Source: an uncultured Thalassospiraceae bacterium (lineage in GTDB: Bacteria; Pseudomonadota; Alphaproteobacteria; Rhodospirillales; Casp-alpha2). From it: 24,000 bases of DNA. Position numbers and translations under genes: made by a program. Positions 9,159 through 16,001 of this stretch are shown piece after piece (within the stretch, counting starts at the first letter, position 1; the number at the start of each line of letters is the position of its first letter). The stretch lies in contig CAYFMQ010000016.1 in the NCBI GenBank assembly GCA_964344255.1, positions 46,962 through 70,961 on the forward strand. The letters run 5' to 3'. The notes under the pieces are model-generated. The model saw only the letters and a program-made list of their open reading frames with translations. It did not search any database and was not told where the DNA came from.

Positions 9159-9926
9159 TCAGTCAGAGAGTACGCCTGAGACGGATACCCTCAAAAGTTC
9201 TTTCGAAAACGGTTTGGCAAGGGCGCCGTCAGCGCCGATTTTCGTGGCGGCTTCCAACGCCGTGCCGCTCTCCATGGAATTATCAACCCCACCGGACATG
9301 GCGATGATCTTTACCTTGGGCCAGTTGGTCTTGATACCGCGGATGGCCTCTATGCCGCCGATTCCGGGCATAAATATATCGGTCAGCACAACATCGATGG
9401 AAAGAATATCATGGGATGCAATGGCCTGCTCAAATGACTCGGACGTATGAACGACATAGTGCGTTTCGGGCAGCATGGCGGCGACCGCCATGCGAACGGT
9501 GCGGCTATCATCAATAATCAGGACCTGTTTCTTTTTCGTACTGTCGAGAACCTTGTTCACGGTCGCGACGAGTTCTTCTTCCTGGAATGGCTTTTTCAGG
9601 ACGGCGTGAGCACCGACGCCGCGAGCAGCGCTGAGTAACTTCATGGGATCAAGGGAAGCGTCCCCCGCCGACATGGCGACCACGGCAATATTGGGTTCCT
9701 GAGCCCGGATGCGGGCAATGGCCTCAATGCCACCCATTCCCGGCAGGATGATATCCGTCAGCACGACGGAAACGTCCGGCACGAAACCTTCGGAAAACAC
9801 ATCCTCGAAGGATTCCGATGTAACCACCCGAAACCCACTGTTTATCAGCATATCGCTCGCAATCCGGTTCACCGTCGGGGAATCGTCGACGACCAGCACG
9901 CGGGGCTTGCCATTCACTTCATTCAT
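9159..9926 (-). CDS. Tandem receiver (REC-REC) response regulator with no output domain
   Basis: 255 aa. REC1: VLVVDDSPT...VVLTDIILPGMGGIEA...VVAMSAG...VLKKPF. REC2: VLIIDDSRT...VVLTDIFMPGIGGIEA...IIAMSGG...ALAKPF. Both have the acidic pair, phospho-acceptor Asp, Ser and Lys. The repeat is also visible in the DNA at an offset of 375 nt. Confidence 0.85.
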   Translation of the reverse strand: MNEVNGKPRVLVVDDSPTVNRIASDMLINSGFRVVTSESFEDVFSEGFVPDVSVVLTDIILPGMGGIEAIARIRAQEPNIAVVAMSAGDASLDPMKLLSAARGVGAHAVLKKPFQEEELVATVNKVLDSTKKKQVLIIDDSRTVRMAVAAMLPETHYVVHTSESFEQAIASHDILSIDVVLTDIFMPGIGGIEAIRGIKTNWPKVKIIAMSGGVDNSMESGTALEAATKIGADGALAKPFSKELLRVSVSGVLSD

Positions 9927-10019
9927 TTACCCATTCCCTTGCACAGGATGGCCTATTAATACCCACACTGGGGCTGGGGTAAAGTATTCTGTATGCCAGC
10001 CAGATGTAAAATGAATGGC

Positions 10020-11243
10020 TTATTCTATCATGGCGTCGATATCGATCTCGACCATCATGCCGTCATAGGCCAGTTCCGGCAGCGGTACGCCTGTCGTTGC
10101 CGGACCAGGCTCGGTAAAGTAGGAAGACCGGATCGGCAGATTGGCATTCAGCGCCTCTTCCCCGCAATCGCCGTGATAGAGCGTGAGCACCTTGACCACG
10201 TCATCGAAACCGGCGCCGAACATTTCGAGAATCCGACGGATGTTTTCCATACTGGCATGGGTCTGTTCCGTGAGCATGCCCGGCTCGATGGCGTTTCCCT
10301 TTTGGTCGAGGGAAACCTGGCCGCCGAGAAAGATCATGTTCCCGCATTTAAGACCATGCTTGTAGGGCAGGTGTACATGCCAGTCCCAGTGCCCTTCCGG
10401 CCAGGCATGTTCGCGCTCCAGATGGCTGCCGTCTTCGTCCAGCATGGCGACGGTTTCGACTTTGATTCGCATGCCGTCCCTGGCATGGCGCGGGATGGGA
10501 ATGCCGGTCGCCGCCGGTCCCGGCTCCTCGAAGTGTGCGGCGCAGGCCAATGCCGCCGGCTCGAAATCATCAAGTCCGCCCTGGCCGCCGTACCAGCGGT
10601 TGATCTTGACCACATCGCCGAATCCGGCGCCGAAAGCGCTCAAGGCTCTCTCATGCTGCGCCATGACGGTCTTGGTCTGGGCAACCATGTCGTCCGGATC
10701 GCTCACCGCGCCGTCTGCATAAAGAGGCGACTGGCCACTGACGTAGATCATGCGTCCGCAACGGACAGCCTGGCAGAAAGGTTCCGGCAGGGGCGAGAGT
10801 CCATCCACCGGGGCGTAGTGACGCACAAGACGTTCACCATCCGCCCCCCGCATGGCGATGGCCTCGATCTCGACCATCATGCCGTCATAGGCAAGGTATG
10901 GTACGGGAACCGCCGTCACCGCCGGGCGAGCACCGCCGGATAGGGAAGCTGCGACCATGCCAAGGAAGGCATCTTCGTCGCGGGAACCGTCATTGACGTA
11001 GAAACACCGAAGCCGCACCAGGTCGGCGAAATCCGCGCCCAGGTCCTCCAGTACGCGGCCCAGATAACGCATGACCTCTTCGGTCTGGCGCTGCAAATCG
11101 CCGGGATGACGCACTTCGCCTTCCGGCGTCAGGTCAACCTGACCACCGACATGGATCATGTCACCGCATTTGACGCCGTGCTTGTGGGTGATTGAAATCG
11201 GCCAATTCCAGTGGCTCTCGGGCCAGACATGCTTTTTTTCCAT
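10020..11243 (-). CDS. Triple-domain RidA/YjgF/L-PSP family protein (three tandem RidA-like domains in one chain)
   Basis: Start placed at ATG 11243 (MEKKHVWPE...), with GGAGG at 11256..11252 and an 8-nt spacer. The track start at 11276 has no comparable RBS. Three units of about 132-139 aa end in AYDGMMVEIEAIAM, ARDGMRIKVETVAM and AYDGMMVEIDIDAM, comparable to the RidA C-terminus ...VKIEIEAIAV. Each also has a G-rich GGQ/SGQ strand. Confidence 0.8.
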   Translation of the reverse strand: MEKKHVWPESHWNWPISITHKHGVKCGDMIHVGGQVDLTPEGEVRHPGDLQRQTEEVMRYLGRVLEDLGADFADLVRLRCFYVNDGSRDEDAFLGMVAASLSGGARPAVTAVPVPYLAYDGMMVEIEAIAMRGADGERLVRHYAPVDGLSPLPEPFCQAVRCGRMIYVSGQSPLYADGAVSDPDDMVAQTKTVMAQHERALSAFGAGFGDVVKINRWYGGQGGLDDFEPAALACAAHFEEPGPAATGIPIPRHARDGMRIKVETVAMLDEDGSHLEREHAWPEGHWDWHVHLPYKHGLKCGNMIFLGGQVSLDQKGNAIEPGMLTEQTHASMENIRRILEMFGAGFDDVVKVLTLYHGDCGEEALNANLPIRSSYFTEPGPATTGVPLPELAYDGMMVEIDIDAMIE

Positions 11244-11363
11244 CAGAAACCCCTCCTCGATAAGAAAGGGAAGCATATGGCAATCCCAGCCAAGCGGGCA
11301 ATATCGAACGGGTTACGGTCAACCGGCAATGAATGTTCTGGGAGGGGTTTTCAGAGGAACAAC

Positions 11364-12044
11364 TCAGGCCCGTTTAAGAGCGCCGTTGGTGAACTGCGGT
11401 ATTTCCTTCAGGATATTCTTCAGGTTCGTATCGTTAAGAGACGGGAACATTTTCTTCAATGCCCCGGCAACGAAGCGCGTCCCGGGCGAGGTATGGGGGT
11501 GTGACCATGGACTACAGGTCGAGTGCGTTTCCGGCACATAGTAATGAAACGGCTGGTAACTGATTTCGACATATTTCTGGGCCAGTTCATATGCCACCGT
11601 TTTCGGACCCAACAGGGCCGGACCTGTGCATTCCTCGGCGTTGATGTTGTCCTCGGTCGCCTGTATAGCCGCTGCAAGCCTTGCCAGTCCCTTCAGGTCC
11701 TGGTCCAGACGCCGTTGACCCTGGGATTCAAATTCGACGATCTGTTCTTCGGAAAGCTCTTCCGCATAGAGCATGCGGATTCGTTCAAGGGCGTTGGGTG
11801 CGGTACGTAACGCCGACATGAATTCTCGGACGGTATCCAGGATCGGCTTTATTTCCTCGCGCGCCGCATCTTCACTGTCGCGCAGGCGGTCTGCCAAGTC
11901 AGGCGTTTTCCGGGCATTGGCGGTTTTGTTTTCAAGCCAATCATGCAGCGAAGAAATGGCCTCGTTATCGTAGACACCGGCAATCGATGCCAGCGAACGG
12001 ACGTCTTCGTCTGATAAACAGGGATTATTCGCTGGTTTTCCCAC
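11364..12044 (-). CDS. Hypothetical protein (ORFan; no motif recognised)
   Basis: 226-aa ORF with a GTG start at 12044. GGAG lies about 10 nt upstream. Same strand as its neighbours, with protein-like composition that is helical and rich in E, A and L. No family signature recognised. Coding status is inferred from length and context only. Confidence 0.5.
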   Translation of the reverse strand: MGKPANNPCLSDEDVRSLASIAGVYDNEAISSLHDWLENKTANARKTPDLADRLRDSEDAAREEIKPILDTVREFMSALRTAPNALERIRMLYAEELSEEQIVEFESQGQRRLDQDLKGLARLAAAIQATEDNINAEECTGPALLGPKTVAYELAQKYVEISYQPFHYYVPETHSTCSPWSHPHTSPGTRFVAGALKKMFPSLNDTNLKNILKEIPQFTNGALKRA

Positions 12045-12111
12045 CGGCTACGTTCTCCACTCTTTTAATTGTGCCGCCGATTTTCCCGCCCCCCGGAAGA
12101 AGAAAAGGCGC

Positions 12112-12172
12112 CGGTGAAACCACATATTCCTACAACAGTTTCACCGAAAACAGATCAAATACCGCTGATCTG
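12112..12172 (-). terminator. Two adjacent hairpins with T-tracts downstream of the CheY-like gene (putative intrinsic terminator)
   Basis: On the minus strand: CAGATCA(12172..12166)-8 nt loop-TGATCTG(12157..12151)-TTTT. This is followed by CGGTGAAAC(12146..12138)-17 nt loop-GTTTCACCG(12120..12112)-GCGCCTTTTCTTCTT. The stems are short or AT-rich and the second loop is large. Confidence 0.4.
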
Positions 12173-12271
12173 ACGGTTCATTATACATCAGTCGTTCAAC
12201 AATATCATCATCATGCTGAAAAAAACCTGACAGACGTATAAAATTCTGGAAATTAGATTTCAGGCTGATTC

Positions 12272-12637
12272 TCAAGCAATGTTGAGGATCTCATTGACCT
12301 GATCGAGAAAAGTAACCGGATCGACGGGTTTTTTGATGAACCCGTTGGCGCCGAACTCGATGGCCTGACGCAAATCCTGGGGGAACATCTTGGATGAAAG
12401 GACGATGATGGTCGTGTCCGCCAGATCAGATTCATTCCTGATCTGGGTAATAAGCTGGTAACCGTCAACGCCCGGCATCATCAGGTCCGTAATCACGCAG
12501 TCCGGCCGCTGGGATCTTATCCGGTCCAAAGCGAGATTACTGTCGTCTTCTGTTGTCACGGAATGGCCGGCCCTGGAGAGAATCGTCTCCAGCAGCTTGA
12601 TCATTATCGGGTCGTCGTCGACCAGAAAAAAATCCAT
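12272..12637 (-). CDS. Single-domain CheY-like response regulator
   Basis: 121 aa, MDFFLVDDDPIM...CVITDLMMPGVDGYQL...IIVLSSK...GFIKKPV. All receiver hallmarks are present and there is no output domain. Confidence 0.9.
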   Translation of the reverse strand: MDFFLVDDDPIMIKLLETILSRAGHSVTTEDDSNLALDRIRSQRPDCVITDLMMPGVDGYQLITQIRNESDLADTTIIVLSSKMFPQDLRQAIEFGANGFIKKPVDPVTFLDQVNEILNIA

Positions 12638-12642
12638 GGCAG

Positions 12643-12660
12643 CCTTTCCCGCCGGAAAGG
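12643..12660 (-). promoter_or_regulatory. Intercistronic hairpin that contains the Shine-Dalgarno of the CheY-like gene
   Basis: Minus-strand RNA reads 5'-CCUUUCC-GGCG-GGAAAGG-CUGCC-AUG. It is a perfect 7-bp stem with a 4-nt loop. The 3' arm GGAAAGG is the only SD-like element, 5 nt before ATG 12637. Confidence 0.45.
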
Positions 12661-12670
12661 AGGCTGGAGA

Positions 12671-13036
12671 TTACCCCCCAACCTGATCGTGATCGCCGCC
12701 AAGGGCTTCCGGATAGTCATTTTCCAGTTGCTGGGCGGCGACTGAACGCAGTTCATCCAGCTTGGTGCGAACATCCTGTTCGGAAACATTGACGCCCCGT
12801 TCGGCAATATCGGCCATGACCTTGCGCATGATATCCTCAATGCCGGGCTCATCCAGGTCCGCCATGACGACGGATTTCGCATACTCGGCCTTTTCATCTG
12901 ACGTCATGCCGTATTTATCGGCCAGCCATTCACCCAGAAGCTTGTTCCGGCGGGCGTCAATCTTGAAAGCCAGTTCCTCATCCATCTTGTGCTTGGCTTC
13001 GAAACTTTTTTCGCGGTCACTAAAAACGTCGCTCAT
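12671..13036 (-). CDS. DUF1476 protein / F1-ATPase inhibitor zeta-subunit homologue
   Basis: 121 aa, MSDVFSDREKSFEAKHKMDEELAFKIDARRNKLLGEWLADKYG...VVMADLDEPGIEDIMRKVMADI. This closely parallels the Paracoccus zeta subunit as I recall it (...DRERAHEAKFAHDAELNFKAEARRNRLLGEW...DFDEPGDEDVFRKL...). AAGGA lies 9 nt upstream. Confidence 0.8.
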   Translation of the reverse strand: MSDVFSDREKSFEAKHKMDEELAFKIDARRNKLLGEWLADKYGMTSDEKAEYAKSVVMADLDEPGIEDIMRKVMADIAERGVNVSEQDVRTKLDELRSVAAQQLENDYPEALGGDHDQVGG

Positions 13037-13274
13037 TACTGTATCCTTAGACGTTGGTCAGAAATTCAGGAGCATGTCCCTGATCCGTTAACCTGTGTTT
13101 TATAGGGCGGAGCGCTCTTCCGCAATGCCCCAATGGTGAGAATCATGCCAATTCGAACATTTCTCTCTTCTAGTAAGATTTGTACCGTTTCCCATTCGGT
13201 TCAAGGCTTCGCTCGATCACGGAATTGACCTCGGTCTTGACCATGTAGCCGACACACCGTAACCAGTCATCGTT

Positions 13275-14072
13275 ATGTGCACCGTCGTTATTCTTTACCG
13301 GCCCGGCCACGACTGGCCCCTGATCCTGGGCGCCAACCGCGATGAGATGCGGTCCAGGCCCTGGGAAGGACCCGGTCGTCATTGGGAGGACAGGCCCCAT
13401 GTCACCGCCGGGAAGGATATCCTGGCGGGGGGAAGCTGGCTTGGCATGAACGATGACCGCCTGGCCGCCTGCATCCTCAACCGCGTCAACAGCCTCGGGC
13501 CCGCACCAGACAAACGAAGCCGGGGTGAACTGCCCCTTGACGCACTTGACCATGCGGAAGCGCGGGTGGCGGCGGAAGCCCTATCGGCCCTTGATCCTAC
13601 TGCTTACCGTTCCTTCAATATGGTGATTGGCGATGCGTCGGGCGCTTACTGGCTCGCCAACGATGAGGAGTCCGCTAGGATCACGTTTGAGGCCATCCCT
13701 GAAGGCCTTTCCATGGTCACGGCCCACGACCTGAACGACAGGGAAGGCAGCGAACGCATTCGCCATCACCTGCCGCGTTTCCGCGCCGCACCCGCACCGG
13801 AACCGGCAAGCGGTGACTGGTTCGCCTGGGAGGCCCTGATGGCGGATCGCACGAAGGCCGCAGGCGCCGGTTGGGGCGGCGCCATGGCCATAGCGCCCTC
13901 GGATTTCGATGCCGAAAGCGAGGAGGGCGAAGGCGACGGGGACGGCATTGATTTCGGCACCGTTAGTTCATCCCTGATCGCGCTTCCCGCTCCGGGGACA
14001 GAGGCAACACCGGTGTGGCGATTCGCCCCCGGCATGCCGGGTGAGACGCCATATTACGACGTTCTGCTCTGA
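13275..14072 (+). CDS. NRDE-family (TANGO2-like) protein
   Basis: 265 aa. Starts MCTVVILYRPGHDWPLILGANRDE, i.e. the family's N-terminal Met-Cys plus the NRDE motif. Has an acidic insertion DFDAESEEGEGDGDGIDFG before the C-terminal FGTVSSSLI segment. Confidence 0.85.
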   Translation: MCTVVILYRPGHDWPLILGANRDEMRSRPWEGPGRHWEDRPHVTAGKDILAGGSWLGMNDDRLAACILNRVNSLGPAPDKRSRGELPLDALDHAEARVAAEALSALDPTAYRSFNMVIGDASGAYWLANDEESARITFEAIPEGLSMVTAHDLNDREGSERIRHHLPRFRAAPAPEPASGDWFAWEALMADRTKAAGAGWGGAMAIAPSDFDAESEEGEGDGDGIDFGTVSSSLIALPAPGTEATPVWRFAPGMPGETPYYDVLL

Positions 14073-14252
14073 TCCAGCCGCAAACATCCCCGCGAAGCGG
14101 CAAGATTCCTCATTTTTGGGTCTTTGCGGCCTTGCTCGTCGTTGTCAGAACCCTACACACCTGCTATACGGACGCCATTACCACAATGCGGGCAGGACGC
14201 ACCCGGAACGCTTCCGGACGGTTCGCCACCCGCAGATCACCGGATCATCATC

Positions 14253-15017
14253 ATGGCCAGACGCAGACAGATTTACGAAGGCAAGGCAAAGGTGCTCTTT
14301 GAAGGGCCCGAGCCAGGAACCCTCGTGCAGTATTTCAAGGACGACGCCACCGCCTTTAACAACCAGAAGAAAGGCGTGATTACCGGCAAGGGCGTTCTCA
14401 ACAATCGTATTTCAGAATTCCTGATGACTCGCCTGGGCGAGATCGGCATCCCGACGCATTTCGTCAAGCGCCTGAACATGCGCGAGCAACTGGTCAGGGA
14501 AGTCGAGATCGTTCCCATCGAGGTTATCGTGCGCAACGTCGCCGCCGGCACGCTCGCCAAGCGCTTCGGCATGGAGGAAGGATCGCCCCTTCCCCGCTCC
14601 ATCGTCGAGTTTTGCTACAAGAACGACGAGCTGGGCGACCCGCTGATCTCGGAAGAACACATCACGGCCTTTGGTTGGGCCACGCCGCAGGACCTGGACG
14701 AGATCGTCACCATGTCATTGCGCATCAATGATTTCCTGTCGGGGCTGTTCCTAGGGATCGGCCTCAAACTGGTTGATTTCAAGCTTGAATTCGGCCGCCT
14801 GTGGGAAAACGAGCAGATGCGCATCGTGCTGGCTGACGAAATCAGCCCTGATTCCTGCCGTCTGTGGGACGTCAAGACCAACGAAAAGATGGACAAGGAC
14901 CGCTTCCGCCGCGACCTCGGCAAGGTGGAAGAGGCCTACCAGGAAGTGGCCCGCCGCCTCGGCATCCTGCCGGAAAGCGGACAGCAGGATATGCAGGGCC
15001 CCGAGACGATACAGTAA
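14253..15017 (+). CDS. purC: Phosphoribosylaminoimidazole-succinocarboxamide (SAICAR) synthase PurC
   Basis: ORF 14124..15017 trimmed to ATG 14253, giving 254 aa: [41 protein letters not shown]...[14 protein letters not shown]... Followed by purS and purQ. Confidence 0.95.
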   Translation: MARRRQIYEGKAKVLFEGPEPGTLVQYFKDDATAFNNQKKGVITGKGVLNNRISEFLMTRLGEIGIPTHFVKRLNMREQLVREVEIVPIEVIVRNVAAGTLAKRFGMEEGSPLPRSIVEFCYKNDELGDPLISEEHITAFGWATPQDLDEIVTMSLRINDFLSGLFLGIGLKLVDFKLEFGRLWENEQMRIVLADEISPDSCRLWDVKTNEKMDKDRFRRDLGKVEEAYQEVARRLGILPESGQQDMQGPETIQ

Positions 15018-15040
15018 CGTCGCTATAAGAGGATCGATCA

Positions 15041-15283
15041 GTGAAAGCACGCGTACATGTCATGTTGAAAAACGGGGTTCTCGACCCCCAGGGCAAGGCC
15101 GTCCAGCATGCGCTGGGCTCGCTGGGATTCGACGGAGTCAACGATGTCCGCCAGGGCAAGGTGATCGAACTGGAACTGGACGAAAGCGACGCCGAAAAAG
15201 CCCGCGAAAACGTCGAGCAGATGTGCAAGGGCCTGCTCGCCAACACCGTGATCGAGAATTACGCCATCGAGATCGAGGGCTGA
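15041..15283 (+). CDS. purS: FGAM synthase subunit PurS
   Basis: 80 aa with a GTG start and AAGAGGA 7 nt upstream. [30 protein letters not shown]... Confidence 0.93.
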   Translation: MKARVHVMLKNGVLDPQGKAVQHALGSLGFDGVNDVRQGKVIELELDESDAEKARENVEQMCKGLLANTVIENYAIEIEG

Positions 15284-15303
15284 AAACCGGAGGCAGAGGC
15301 ACC

Positions 15304-15996
15304 ATGAAAACCGCCGTTATCGTATTTCCGGGTTCCAACTGCGACCGTGACGCCCAGGTCGCCCTCAGAAACAGCTTCGGCCACGAGCCGGTCATGGTCT
15401 GGCACGGTGATTCGGAAATGCCCAAGGTTGACCTGATCGTCGTTCCCGGCGGCTTTTCCTATGGTGATTATCTGCGCTCCGGCGCCATGGCCGCCCACAG
15501 CCCCATCATGCGCGAGGTCGTAGCCGAGGCCAACAACGGCGTGCCGACGCTGGGCATCTGCAACGGCTTCCAGGTTCTGACCGAGTCTGGATTACTTCCG
15601 GGCGCCCTGATGCGGAACGCCAACCTCAAGTTCGTCTGCAAGGACGTCTGGCTCAGGGTCGAGAACAACACAACCATGTTCACTTCCCGCTACACCCGCA
15701 ACAGCGCCATCCGCATTCCCATCGCGCATCACGACGGCAACTACTACGCCGACGACGAGACGCTGAAACGGCTGAATGCGGAAAACCGCGTCGCCTTCCG
15801 TTACGTGGACGAGGACGGTAACGAAACGCCGGAAGCCAATCCCAACGGCTCCATCGAGAACATCGCCGGCATCTATAACGAAAAGTTCAACGTGCTCGGC
15901 ATGATGCCGCATCCCGAACGCCTGATCGATCCGCTGCTGGGCGGCACAGACGGCCTGCCCATGTTTGAAGGTCTTGTCGAGGCTGTTGCGGCTTAA
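15304..15996 (+). CDS. purQ: FGAM synthase glutaminase subunit PurQ
   Basis: Track ORF 14773..15996 trimmed to ATG 15304, with GGAGG about 10 nt upstream. 230 aa, [16 protein letters not shown]...[10 protein letters not shown]...MMPHPER, containing the Cys/His/Glu triad. Confidence 0.95.
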   Translation: MKTAVIVFPGSNCDRDAQVALRNSFGHEPVMVWHGDSEMPKVDLIVVPGGFSYGDYLRSGAMAAHSPIMREVVAEANNGVPTLGICNGFQVLTESGLLPGALMRNANLKFVCKDVWLRVENNTTMFTSRYTRNSAIRIPIAHHDGNYYADDETLKRLNAENRVAFRYVDEDGNETPEANPNGSIENIAGIYNEKFNVLGMMPHPERLIDPLLGGTDGLPMFEGLVEAVAA

Positions 15997-16001
15997 GTCC
16001 G

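Noticed and set aside
9993-10943. 316-aa ORF antisense to the triple-RidA gene, with repeated LDLDHHAVIG segments
   Set aside because: The internal repeat is only the antisense image of the repeated AYDGMMVEI(E/D)I strands of the RidA domains. It has no start context and no family signature.
13170-13553. 127-aa minus-strand ORF overlapping the start of the NRDE gene
   Set aside because: It overlaps the well-supported MCT...NRDE coding frame on the opposite strand and has no motif or RBS.
14073-14252. Possible purine or ZTP riboswitch in the 180-bp purC leader
   Set aside because: I looked for the conserved ZTP (pfl) 3' element and for purine-riboswitch junction sequences and found neither. 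Only a small CCGGAA-CGC-TTCCGG hairpin (14203-14217) is present. An Rfam scan would settle this.
14773-15303. Arg-rich 177-aa N-terminal extension of the purQ ORF, overlapping purC and purS in another frame
   Set aside because: purC and purS are unambiguous in their own frames. PurQ homology begins at [16 protein letters not shown] (ATG 15304), which has its own GGAGG. The extension is a chance open frame.
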